A DNA stretch of 64,000 nucleotides from a virus: positions 32,001 through 96,000 of IMG/VR virus record IMGVR_UViG_3300023174_000077; one strand, written 5' to 3'. The notes beneath the pieces are model-generated. The model saw only the letters and a program-made list of their open reading frames with translations. It was not told where the DNA came from and did not search any database. Each line of letters begins with the position of its first letter. Position 1 is the stretch's first letter. Both the position numbers and the translations under genes were made by a program. Below are positions 49,257-59,014 of the stretch, in pieces.

Positions 49257-50603
49257 ATGGGTTTAACTCCACTTACACAGACAAATATTGCATTTAAAAA
49301 TATAATCGGTCAAGCACTAGGCGCAACCGCTAATGACTGGTATGTTGAGACTAAACCTATAAGTTTTAATATAGGTTCTGATACAGTTTGGTTAGATACA
49401 ATTAGTTCAACGCCTTCTATTGCTGTTGCTGCTAATGTAGCATTAAATGTCGTGGCTGGTATGACAGGTATAAGCGAAACTATAACAGCAGGTCAATACC
49501 ATGCTTATTTATTAATTTGGCCTCCAACGGCACCAAGTGGAACTGATTCTGTAACAGGAAACAGTTACTCTTATGGGAATGGTTCTTTAAGTGGTATCTA
49601 TGCTGGTAGCACAGTTAGAAATATAATTCCCGATAAATATGGAGTTGGCTATCGTCCTGCTATTACATTGACGGATAATACAACTTTAAATCCAAATGAT
49701 TCTCGTTCTTGGTATTTACAATATAATGCGGGTGTTTATTACCAAGATATTATTGCTTCACCAAATCCAGCAACAGCTTCGGTCTATGTTTATGTTGGCA
49801 ATACATTAAAATCTCGTCCTAATACACCATATACAAATACTAATTTATCACAAGTATCAGTAGGTGGTATAACACCATATACTTCATTTAATACGGTTAC
49901 TAATAATAGCATTTTTGATATGTTATTATATCCATCATTACAACCAAGTTTTAGTTCATTTACTATACAAAATGTTTCTTCGCCTTATGAAGTTGGGTAT
50001 AATCAACTTTTAGGTAGTTATACTATGAGTTGGACTATAGCAAATTCTGCAAGTATTACTTCTAATAGTATTTATATTTATGGTATAACTGGTTCAAGAT
50101 TATATGGACCAACAAGTAATAGTGGGATATTATCAAATACTTTTTCTGCCGTAGTTTATTCAATCCCTACAACTATAACTTATAGTATAACAGCACAAAC
50201 TACTGCTGGAATTATAATTCAATCATATTATAATATAAAGTGGAACTATGGTGTATATTATGGTGCCTCTACACAATCTTTATTAACAACTTATGGTGGA
50301 TTTTATTCATATCAAAAAAATTTAACTGGTGTAATAAATGGTAGTTATATATTACCGGGTGGAACATTTTCTACATATAAATATATTTTAGTTCCAGATT
50401 CATTTTCTGCAATTAATAATATAACTTGGAATAATATACCATTAGCTATGGCTGATAATACAGATGGATATACTTCAAGTGCAAATAATTTATATTATAA
50501 TTATGTAAATTTTAATAATTTTCAAGGAATTTCATCTAATTATAAAATATATAGAACTAAGAACATGATGGCAGCAACGATGTCAAATGTAATTATTTCA
50601 TAA
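49257..50603 (+). CDS. virion structural protein
   Basis: C-terminal half is paralogous in pattern to 45400-46419 (FDxxxxPxxxP, YxG, YxIY). Confidence 0.6.
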   Translation: MGLTPLTQTNIAFKNIIGQALGATANDWYVETKPISFNIGSDTVWLDTISSTPSIAVAANVALNVVAGMTGISETITAGQYHAYLLIWPPTAPSGTDSVTGNSYSYGNGSLSGIYAGSTVRNIIPDKYGVGYRPAITLTDNTTLNPNDSRSWYLQYNAGVYYQDIIASPNPATASVYVYVGNTLKSRPNTPYTNTNLSQVSVGGITPYTSFNTVTNNSIFDMLLYPSLQPSFSSFTIQNVSSPYEVGYNQLLGSYTMSWTIANSASITSNSIYIYGITGSRLYGPTSNSGILSNTFSAVVYSIPTTITYSITAQTTAGIIIQSYYNIKWNYGVYYGASTQSLLTTYGGFYSYQKNLTGVINGSYILPGGTFSTYKYILVPDSFSAINNITWNNIPLAMADNTDGYTSSANNLYYNYVNFNNFQGISSNYKIYRTKNMMAATMSNVIIS

Positions 50604-50622
50604 AATAAAATAAATAATAAAA

Positions 50623-51354
50623 ATGCCAGGATATACAGGGTCAATACCACTTACAGGATTTATAGCACCAAGCGATACAGCAGATACTTATGCAGTATTG
50701 GATCCTTTATTTGGAATAGACGGATTGAGAAATGTAAATTCATTAGCTGAAATGTATGCTATACCTGCTGGTAGAAGAAGACAAGGTATGGTAGTTGGTG
50801 CTGGTGGTAACTATTATAAATTAAGAAGTAGTCCTTGGAATTACGATTCAACTGATTGGGATTTATTTATAACACCACCTTCAACAGGAACTACTACAAC
50901 AACTCAGAATTTAATAACATCTGGTACCGTTAGTGTGCCAGCTAATTATCAATATTTAGTATATGGTGGATTGCAAATAGGAGCTGGTGGTGCATTACAA
51001 AATAGTGGTAGTGTTGTTATAATAAATGGAACTTTATCATTTACAGGTAATGGAACCTATTCTGGTGCTGGAAAACTTATTTATTTAACTGAATTAAGTA
51101 GAAATACAGAATTACTTGGACCAAATCCAAATTGGAATACAACACCACCAAGTGTTAAATATTCTGCTAGTTTTAGTAGTACAGCTACAGTTCCTTTAAC
51201 TATAACACATAGTTTAGGAACTACTGATATTGTTTATTCAGTAAGGGAAAATAATAATTTTATCACAGCTAATGTTGAAATAAATGATAGTAATTCAATA
51301 AAACTTACTACAAATTCTTCTGTCGCTAATGGACGCATAAATATAATAGGTTAA
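50623..51354 (+). CDS. virion structural protein
   Basis: IPAGRRRQGMVV and TITHSLGT motifs typical of fibre-associated proteins. Confidence 0.6.
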   Translation: MPGYTGSIPLTGFIAPSDTADTYAVLDPLFGIDGLRNVNSLAEMYAIPAGRRRQGMVVGAGGNYYKLRSSPWNYDSTDWDLFITPPSTGTTTTTQNLITSGTVSVPANYQYLVYGGLQIGAGGALQNSGSVVIINGTLSFTGNGTYSGAGKLIYLTELSRNTELLGPNPNWNTTPPSVKYSASFSSTATVPLTITHSLGTTDIVYSVRENNNFITANVEINDSNSIKLTTNSSVANGRINIIG

Positions 51355-51356
51355 AA

Positions 51357-54149
51357 ATGAGTGTTAATAAAATATATAATATACAAGAATGGCAGCAAAT
51401 TGTAACAGCAGTTACACCAAGTGCATCTGCTAGTATTATTTACCCAAAAACAGATGGTAAATGGTATTATATGAATAATGATGGTGTTGAAAAAATAACA
51501 TCATTGTCTTATAATGTTGGAAATGGTTTAACTTCTAGTACTGCTTCTGGATTATATAATTTTAATTTATCTGTTAATATTGACGGATCTAGTTTGACTT
51601 TTTCTAATTCAAAAATATCAGTAGGTTATTTAACATCTTCCGTTTTTTCTAAATTTGGTCCAGCAACAGCAAGTTATATATTATCTGTGAATAGCTCTGG
51701 AAATCCAATTTGGATTCCTAATGTTAGTGGTGGTATAAATGGTACAGCAGGATGGATTGCTAAATTTAATGATGTTAATTCTGTAACAAATTCTAATATT
51801 TATGACAGTAATACATATATAAGTATGTTTACATCATCTAACAGTGCAACATCTCCTAAATTATTCGTAAATGGCTCAATTGATGCTTCTACATATTATA
51901 TAAATTCTAATTTAACAAATGGTATTTCTATTACAACTACAAATCCAGCAAGTGGTAATATATTACAAATAACTACACCTAATTTTGTTATTACAGACGG
52001 CTCTGCTAATTTAATTAGTGGTTCTGGAAGTAGCACAACTGGTAATACACTTAATTTATTAAATGTTGTTACAGTAAAAGCTACAGCTTCAAATAATGCA
52101 ACATCTTCAGTTATACTTCCTTTTGTTAAATTAGTAGGTATTGGTACAGCAAGTCCTTCACATTTATTTACTATATTTGCCACACAATCAGCTTTTAGAT
52201 TAGTTGACGGATCTCAAGGTGCTAATAAATATTTAGTTTCTGATGCAAATGGTGTTGCGACATGGCAATCATTAGTAATAAGTGGAAGTGTTTCGTTAAA
52301 TTTAGCTACTGCATCTGGTTTAACAGTTAGTAATTATGTATATTCTATTTTACTTAGTCCAAATTCTGGATTAACTTTAAGTAATTCTGGATTAGCAATA
52401 AATCCTTCTGCTGCTGGTTATGGTTTAACATTCAGTAACGGAAGTTTTAGTTTTATAGGAAATATAAGTATAAATACAGGTAATGGTTTAACATATTCTG
52501 GAAATACTTACTCTGTAAATCTTGGGATAAATAGTGGTTTAACATTTAGTGGCTCCTCTGTTTTATTACAGCTTGGTAGTGGACTTGCTATAGTAAATGG
52601 TGCTCTTGCTTCTTCCGGTGCAACCATACAAAATGGTATTACGAATTCAATTCCATATTATGATACAACTACTACTTTAGGTAATTCTGTTATGTCGCAA
52701 ATTGGAACTAATATATTAATTGGCACAACATCAAATATCGGTGGTAAATTATATATTGCTGGTTCATTTAGTTCAACAGGAAATGCAATTATCAATAATA
52801 TCAATATTGGTAGAGGCGTTGGAACTACTAATTTAATTTTTGGAAACACTCGTTTAGCAACTTATGGAACACCTGGTATATATAATATAGCTATTGGTGA
52901 TAATTCTTTGAATTCGAATAATCTTGGCTCAAATAATAATATAGCAATTGGTTTAACAGCTTTAGCTAATTTAACAAGTGGAAATAATAATATTGCAATA
53001 GGTAATTATGCTGCAATTAATTCAAATTCAAGAGATTCTGTAGCTATAGGTTATAATGTTGCTAAAAATTTGGGAGATGAAAGTGTTGCAATAGGTGCCT
53101 CTGCAGGTAAAGCCGGTAATCAAAATATATCAATAGGTTATTATAGTGGTGCTAGTGTACTAAGTTCTTATAATGTATTTTTGGGTTATAGATCTGGTAT
53201 TAGTTTTCTTGGTAGTTATAGTATTTTTATTGGTGGGTATGATTCAAATGTTTCAACATCAAATAATATATTTATTTCTGATGGTGCTGGAAATTTAAGA
53301 ATTTACTCTCCTGCTTCGGGTAATGTTTTAGTTGGAACAACATCTGAAACAGGAAGCAAATTAGTAATAAATGGTAGTGCATCATTTTTTGGTAATTTAC
53401 AAATTATTGACGGAACACAAAATGCCGGAAAAATACTCATATCTGATATAAATGGTAATACAAGTTGGTTTATACCAGTTGGTTTGGGTATGACAATTTC
53501 TGGTTATACATTCTCAGTTAATTTACAATCTAATTCAGGTTTAATGGTTGATATGACTGGATTAGCTGTTAATTCAAATATCGCTAATATAGGTTTGTTA
53601 TATTCAGCAGGTAGTATGTCTGTTAATCCAAATATTGCTGGTTATGGTTTAACATTTGGTGGTGGTAGTATGTCATTTACTACAAATATAAATGCTTTAG
53701 AAGGATATTTACCATATTTCAATACTACTACTTCATTAACTAGTTCGGTTATTTATCAAACAGCATCGAATATATTAATTGGTACAACATCAAATATAGG
53801 AGCAAAATTAGTAGTTAATGGTTCAGCTTCTTTTTATGGTGGATTAAGAATTGCTGATTCTACTTATGGTATTAATAGGGTTTTAACTTCTGATTCACAA
53901 GGTTATGCTACTTGGCAATCTTTGACCGCTTCTGGTGGTTCATTAAAATACTCAATGACGCAATCTTTTGTTGCAAATACACCGGCTACTATAACACATA
54001 ATTTGAATACAATGTTTTATATAATTCAATTATTTGATTATAATACAGGTGAAGAAATAATGGGTGGATATTCAAGTCGTACTTCAACACAAGTTACAAT
54101 AACATTAAATACAAGTGTAGCAAATTGTGGAATAGTAATTATTGGGTAA
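51357..54149 (+). CDS. tail fibre with YadA-head-like repeats
   Basis: GxGL repeats, NIAIG/SVAIG repeats, duplicated NILIGTTSNIG segments, TITHNLNT. Confidence 0.7.
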   Translation: MSVNKIYNIQEWQQIVTAVTPSASASIIYPKTDGKWYYMNNDGVEKITSLSYNVGNGLTSSTASGLYNFNLSVNIDGSSLTFSNSKISVGYLTSSVFSKFGPATASYILSVNSSGNPIWIPNVSGGINGTAGWIAKFNDVNSVTNSNIYDSNTYISMFTSSNSATSPKLFVNGSIDASTYYINSNLTNGISITTTNPASGNILQITTPNFVITDGSANLISGSGSSTTGNTLNLLNVVTVKATASNNATSSVILPFVKLVGIGTASPSHLFTIFATQSAFRLVDGSQGANKYLVSDANGVATWQSLVISGSVSLNLATASGLTVSNYVYSILLSPNSGLTLSNSGLAINPSAAGYGLTFSNGSFSFIGNISINTGNGLTYSGNTYSVNLGINSGLTFSGSSVLLQLGSGLAIVNGALASSGATIQNGITNSIPYYDTTTTLGNSVMSQIGTNILIGTTSNIGGKLYIAGSFSSTGNAIINNINIGRGVGTTNLIFGNTRLATYGTPGIYNIAIGDNSLNSNNLGSNNNIAIGLTALANLTSGNNNIAIGNYAAINSNSRDSVAIGYNVAKNLGDESVAIGASAGKAGNQNISIGYYSGASVLSSYNVFLGYRSGISFLGSYSIFIGGYDSNVSTSNNIFISDGAGNLRIYSPASGNVLVGTTSETGSKLVINGSASFFGNLQIIDGTQNAGKILISDINGNTSWFIPVGLGMTISGYTFSVNLQSNSGLMVDMTGLAVNSNIANIGLLYSAGSMSVNPNIAGYGLTFGGGSMSFTTNINALEGYLPYFNTTTSLTSSVIYQTASNILIGTTSNIGAKLVVNGSASFYGGLRIADSTYGINRVLTSDSQGYATWQSLTASGGSLKYSMTQSFVANTPATITHNLNTMFYIIQLFDYNTGEEIMGGYSSRTSTQVTITLNTSVANCGIVIIG

Positions 54150-54227
54150 TTAAACAAATATAATATTTTTTAATATAGATAGGAGAACAAAAATAACTTA
54201 TATATATTAAAAAATAATTATATTTTT

Positions 54228-55163
54228 ATGGAACAAGAACAAAAGAATATGACCGAAGAAGATTACCTTAGAAGGCATCTTGAAAAATTTGAGAAAAATA
54301 AAACAACAATTGAACCTTCTAATCTTCCTAAGCAACAAAAAGACAATTCCCGCTTTACAGATTTACAATATCAATCTTTTGATTGTGGACTTTTTCCTTG
54401 CGGAATGTTTTATCCAATAGGAACAACTATTAAAATAAGACCAGCATCAGTTAAAGAAATTCAAGCATATTCTATGGTTGATGACAATAATTTTCCTGAT
54501 ATTATTGATAAAATGAATGATATGCTTATGGCATGTGTTCGTGTTCAATATCCTAATGGTGATATGGCTTCTTATTTAGACATCAAAGAACAAGATAGAA
54601 TCTATATTTTATTCTTGATAAGAGATTTAACATTTCAACAAGGCATGTATTTAACGGTAAATAAAGAATGTAGTTGTAAAAACGAAGTTTCGGTAGAATT
54701 AAAACCTTCTAATTTTGTATATTTTGATTTAAATTCAACTATGGAAAAATATTTTGATTCTTATACAAGATGTTTTATTTTTGATTACAAAGGACAAGAA
54801 TTTAGTTTAACAATGCCAAATATAGGAATACAAAAATCTTTTACCGAATATATTACAGAAGAAGTTAATCAAAAGAAAGATCCAAATTTAAGTTTCTTGA
54901 AAATTATGCCTTTTTTACTTGGTGATAGAAATAGTATTGATAAAAAAGAGATTAAAGAACAATTAAAAACATTCCAATCACTTTCCGTTGATTCATTTCA
55001 ATTTTTAAATTCCGCAATAAATCATATGAAATTTGGCATTGAAAAATTAAGAAAAAATTGTGATATGTGTGGCAAAGAGGTCCATACTGAAATGGTATTT
55101 CCCGACGGAGCGTCAGGTATTTTCGTTATTCATGATGCCTTTGAGAGATATTTTGAAGAATAA
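54228..55163 (+). CDS. baseplate hub assembly protein (gp26-like)
   Basis: IKIRPASVKE, DRIYILFLIR, CxC and CxxC. Confidence 0.7.
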   Translation: MEQEQKNMTEEDYLRRHLEKFEKNKTTIEPSNLPKQQKDNSRFTDLQYQSFDCGLFPCGMFYPIGTTIKIRPASVKEIQAYSMVDDNNFPDIIDKMNDMLMACVRVQYPNGDMASYLDIKEQDRIYILFLIRDLTFQQGMYLTVNKECSCKNEVSVELKPSNFVYFDLNSTMEKYFDSYTRCFIFDYKGQEFSLTMPNIGIQKSFTEYITEEVNQKKDPNLSFLKIMPFLLGDRNSIDKKEIKEQLKTFQSLSVDSFQFLNSAINHMKFGIEKLRKNCDMCGKEVHTEMVFPDGASGIFVIHDAFERYFEE

Positions 55164-55389
55164 ACTTTTGCTTCAAGAAAACTTTCATACTAGTGAAATA
55201 AGTATGGATGATTGGGCATTTTGGCAATTTGAAGAAAATATAAAAGTTGCAAATTCAATTATAGAAGAAAAAGACAAAGCAAGGAAAAAGGACGAAGAAG
55301 AACAAAGAAAAAATATGCCAGGTATGCCAAATATGAATATGAATGGCTTTAATAATATGTCAAGTATGATGAATAAATTTAAAAAGTAA
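55132..55389 (+). CDS. small baseplate assembly protein (gp51-like)
   Basis: Start revised to MMPLRDIL; SEISMDDWAFWQFEE pattern; follows the gp26-like gene. Confidence 0.55.
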   Translation: MMPLRDILKNKLLLQENFHTSEISMDDWAFWQFEENIKVANSIIEEKDKARKKDEEEQRKNMPGMPNMNMNGFNNMSSMMNKFKK

Positions 55390-55412
55390 CCAATTGGTTA
55401 CTTTTTAAATTT
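55375..55412. terminator. perfect 38-bp palindrome / intrinsic terminator
   Basis: AAATTTAAAAAGTAACCAATTGGTTACTTTTTAAATTT. Confidence 0.75.
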
Positions 55413-55523
55413 TAAAATTATTTTATATTAATAAATTTTAAAAAGTTGATAATACAGAGGTTTTTATTTTTTATATATAACATATAACTAGAGATATCTA
55501 GTATTAAAAATAATATAAAAATT

Positions 55524-56138
55524 ATGCCATTACCACATTATAATCAACTTTTAATGACAGGCGCTCCAGGTGGTCCTGGAACTACTCCACAAGAACCTGT
55601 ATTTTTAAACCTGTTTGAAATTAATTTTGTTTTACCAACAATTTTAGCCAATCAAGGTCGTGATACTATGTTGTTACTTGAACAAGCTACTAATGTTACA
55701 TTTGATTTATCACCAGATATCGAAAGAGCAGAACAAAGATTCAAATATTCAACTAGAAAGTTTATTAAAACTCCGCAAAAAACTGATGTTGAGTTTGATA
55801 TAAATTTCAATGTGAATGTAAATAATTCAGGTGCTATGGAAACTTGGAATACTTTAAAAGCATGGTATGATTTAGCATGGAACTCACAAACAGGCGCTTT
55901 ACATTATAAAGCTGATACTATTGGAACCGTTATTGTCAATCAACATGATAAAAAAGGTTTAGTTTTAAGACGAGTTACTTTCCAAAATGCTCAAATTTAT
56001 GGTTTAGGAACAACTGAACTTAAATGGGATGCAACAGATATTTGGAGCTGCACTGCTAAATTTGTTGCAGATTACTGGTTTGATGATTATATTGATAATG
56101 GTATTATTTTAACAGATCCTTATATAAGTGGTTATTAA
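55524..56138 (+). CDS. tail tube protein (gp19-like)
   Basis: EPVFLNLFE, LKAWYDLAWNSQTG..HYKAD, FVADYW. Confidence 0.8.
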   Translation: MPLPHYNQLLMTGAPGGPGTTPQEPVFLNLFEINFVLPTILANQGRDTMLLLEQATNVTFDLSPDIERAEQRFKYSTRKFIKTPQKTDVEFDINFNVNVNNSGAMETWNTLKAWYDLAWNSQTGALHYKADTIGTVIVNQHDKKGLVLRRVTFQNAQIYGLGTTELKWDATDIWSCTAKFVADYWFDDYIDNGIILTDPYISGY

Positions 56139-56139
56139 T

Positions 56140-56170
56140 AAAAAGACGAACTAAATTAGTTCGTCTTTTT
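56140..56170 (+). terminator. intrinsic terminator
   Basis: AAAAAGACGAACTAA-A-TTAGTTCGTCTTTTT followed by T run. Confidence 0.8.
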
Positions 56171-56183
56171 TTATATATACAAT

Positions 56184-56939
56184 ATGAAATTTTTAGAAAG
56201 TTTTACATCTTTTTTCAAAAAAGATAAACCAGAAGAATTTAAAGGTAAAACTCAAACTTATCGCTTTTCTGATATTACTGATGAAAGTGGTAATAGAATG
56301 GGCACCTGCAAAGAATGTGGCAAAAGAGTAGATATAACAGAACATTCTGAAGAAGTATGTTTGAAAGAGCAAGAACAAGAATTAAATGAATCAGCCAACT
56401 CGGAAGATTTAAAATTAAGTATTCTATCTGGAATACCTGATACAGATTTATTACATTCGCATCAAAATTATTATAATACTATAATATATCCACCAGTTGA
56501 GGCGGAAGAACAATCAGGAATAAATGGTTTATCAAAAACTTATAAAATGCCTTTTAATTTAACAGATATAGAAGTAGAAAATATTGCTATTATTTTTAGA
56601 TATGACGAAGAAGTTATTAGACATTTATATGTAGGGTTGATTAAATTAAATCCAGAACTTCCTAAATCAGAAGATATTAACAATATGTATCATATAATTC
56701 TTGGTGCATGTTCAAAATTTTTACCAATTGATATAAAAGATTATATAAATCATTCAATAGAAATTGAAAGAATGCCAACTAAACTTGATTCTAATTATAT
56801 CTTTAAAAGAAAAGATAGTCATTCTGTAGCATATGAATTATTATATAATAGTGTAATAAATATGGGATTAAAACTTAAATGGTTTCCTTCTATTGAAACA
56901 CTTAATTTTATTTATAAAAAATTGAAGCAAACTATTTGA
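56184..56939 (+). CDS. hypothetical protein, putative internal head protein
   Basis: MKFLESF N-terminus, CKECG..H..C, LNES. Confidence 0.55.
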   Translation: MKFLESFTSFFKKDKPEEFKGKTQTYRFSDITDESGNRMGTCKECGKRVDITEHSEEVCLKEQEQELNESANSEDLKLSILSGIPDTDLLHSHQNYYNTIIYPPVEAEEQSGINGLSKTYKMPFNLTDIEVENIAIIFRYDEEVIRHLYVGLIKLNPELPKSEDINNMYHIILGACSKFLPIDIKDYINHSIEIERMPTKLDSNYIFKRKDSHSVAYELLYNSVINMGLKLKWFPSIETLNFIYKKLKQTI

Positions 56940-56963
56940 TTTTATTACACTATAAGTAGTAAT

Positions 56964-58058
56964 ATGTCAAAAATTTTACTTATAGGCGACACGCATTTAG
57001 GACTTGGATATCCTAATAAATTAGATCATTATTTTAAAGTTTCACAAGAGTATTTTGAAAAATTCCTTTTTCCAATACTTAATAAATTAACTAAAGATGA
57101 CATTATTGTTCATCTTGGAGATTTATTTGATAACAGAAACATTGTTCCAATTAACATTCTAAATTATGCACAATCTATTTTAGAAAAAATGGCACAAATC
57201 TGTCCTGTGCATATTATTATTGGGAACCATGATATTTACAATAAATCGATTAACGATGTTAATTCATTAAAACCATATAATTATATTCCAAATGTTTATA
57301 TTTATGAAACAACTACAAAAATAAATTTTAATGGTAAAACAATTTTATTAATGCCTTGGGTTGAATCAAAAAAAGAACAAATAAAATTATTACAAGAAAA
57401 TTCTGGTTGTGATTATCTTTTCTGTCACTCCGATTTAAATGGTGCTAAAATGCATTTAACTTCGGTAGCACATAGAAATTCTGATAAAATTGATGTTGAA
57501 GAATTTGGTGGATATAAACATGTTTATTCTGGTCATATTCATTTAGTGCAAAAAAATAAAAACTTTACTTTTGTAGGTTCAATTCATGAAATGGATCGTA
57601 ATGATATTGATAATCAAAAAGGCATATTTGTTTTAGACACTAACAAAAATGCTGAATTATTTATTCCAAATAATATATCCCCAAAGTTTAAAAAGATTTA
57701 TATAAATAAAGAAGAAGATGTTGAATTGTTAAATGAAGATATGACTAAAAATTGGGTAGATTTATTCGTATCAAATAGTTTATTAGTTAATAATAGGAAA
57801 TTAAGAAGAAAAATGGAAACTATTTTGCAAACAGGTTCATTTGCTTCTGTTGAATATGTTGATGATATTTCTGTTGAAGAAAAAATAAAAGAAGATGAAA
57901 AAGTAGAATCTTTATCAATTAATTTAGATTATAGTGAATATATTAAAAATTATATAAATGCTAATAATTATGAAACTGATAAAATAAAAAATGGTATTTT
58001 AAATGAATTTGATACTATTGTTGAAATATATAAAGAATCAAAAAAGAAATTAGATTAA
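56964..58058 (+). CDS. recombination endonuclease subunit (T4 gp47/Mre11/SbcD-like)
   Basis: GDTHLG, GDLFDNR, GNHD, SGHIH. Confidence 0.9.
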   Translation: MSKILLIGDTHLGLGYPNKLDHYFKVSQEYFEKFLFPILNKLTKDDIIVHLGDLFDNRNIVPINILNYAQSILEKMAQICPVHIIIGNHDIYNKSINDVNSLKPYNYIPNVYIYETTTKINFNGKTILLMPWVESKKEQIKLLQENSGCDYLFCHSDLNGAKMHLTSVAHRNSDKIDVEEFGGYKHVYSGHIHLVQKNKNFTFVGSIHEMDRNDIDNQKGIFVLDTNKNAELFIPNNISPKFKKIYINKEEDVELLNEDMTKNWVDLFVSNSLLVNNRKLRRKMETILQTGSFASVEYVDDISVEEKIKEDEKVESLSINLDYSEYIKNYINANNYETDKIKNGILNEFDTIVEIYKESKKKLD

Positions 58059-58564
58059 TGGGAATAAAATCAAACTTGAAAAAAGTAAAAAGAGATAATT
58101 CGAAATCAAATAATATATCATCTAATTTAGTGGTTTATCTATATGAAAAAGGACATTCTCCTATAACTACAAGATTTAAAGGTTATGGATTAGCAGAATG
58201 TGATACTTTATCAATTAGTAATTCGGAGTATATATATGAATATGAAATAAAAATTAGTAAGGCTGATTTTAAAAAAGATTTCATAAAAGAAAAACATTCA
58301 TATATAAAAAGCGGCAATTATGTAGTTGAAAATAAAAAAGGCATATGGTATAATACTGCAAATTATTTTTATTTTGTTGTTCCAGAAAATTTAATCTCAG
58401 TCGAAGATATTCCGGAATATGCTGGATTAATGTATTCAATTGGAAATACATTTGTTACAATAAAAAAAGCACCATTATTACACAAAACAAAAGCAACAAC
58501 TGAATTGATAAGAGCAATTTGTCATCAATTGACAACTAAATTGGTTTTTAATAAGATTATATAA
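58058..58564 (+). CDS. PD-(D/E)xK nuclease-like protein (MmcB-like)
   Basis: ECD...YEYEIKISKADFKKD..K...YFYFVVP...IPEYAGL. Confidence 0.75.
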   Translation: MGIKSNLKKVKRDNSKSNNISSNLVVYLYEKGHSPITTRFKGYGLAECDTLSISNSEYIYEYEIKISKADFKKDFIKEKHSYIKSGNYVVENKKGIWYNTANYFYFVVPENLISVEDIPEYAGLMYSIGNTFVTIKKAPLLHKTKATTELIRAICHQLTTKLVFNKII

Positions 58565-58964
58565 TTTGAATTTGATTTGAGTAAAATACTGCAATTACAT
58601 CTGGTGTTTTAACATTTTGTCCTGCAAATATATCTTTTTTGCCTTTTATATAAAACGCATCATATCCTTTTTCAATTAATTTTTTACGCAAATTAATGAA
58701 ATAATTTGCGTTTTTCGCATGCTTCATACGCATATCATCCCATTTATTAAGAGAAATTATATATGGATTATGATAATTTAGTTTAACTGATATAATATTT
58801 TTGCCAAAAATGTTGGAAAAATCTTTTTCTTTTGAAAACCAAATTCCTAATTTAGATGTTGGTTTTGTTATATTACTAGGTTCATTAAATTCTAAAAATT
58901 CAGCATCAGTTCCATGATACCATATTTCTTCACTTAATTCTTCAAATAATTTTAGATATTTCAT
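58557..58964 (-). CDS. ADP-ribosyltransferase-like protein (ART-PolyVal-like)
   Basis: WYHGT..F.EF...GIWFS...FG...V.L...NP...GYD...IAVF..NQI; MKYLKLFEE N-terminus. Confidence 0.65.
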   Translation of the reverse strand: MKYLKLFEELSEEIWYHGTDAEFLEFNEPSNITKPTSKLGIWFSKEKDFSNIFGKNIISVKLNYHNPYIISLNKWDDMRMKHAKNANYFINLRKKLIEKGYDAFYIKGKKDIFAGQNVKTPDVIAVFYSNQIQII

Positions 58965-59014
58965 AATTTATATATTTAATTCTAACAAATATAATTTAGT
59001 TTAATATATACCTT

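Noticed and set aside
52400-53830. Nucleotide repeats inside the tail fibre gene
   Set aside because: They reflect ordinary internal domain duplication (AGYGLTF, NILIGTTSNIG), with no adenine-specific variation or invertase nearby.
55060-55389. Tail-chaperone-type programmed frameshift between the gp26-like and gp51-like ORFs
   Set aside because: No clear slippery heptamer, and an ATG at 55132 explains the overlap.
2782-56378. Short antisense or nested ORFs in the track (e.g. 6311-6547, 6760-7014, 13989-14303, 16201-16707, 51896-52183)
   Set aside because: They are shadows of longer, motif-bearing genes and have no independent support.
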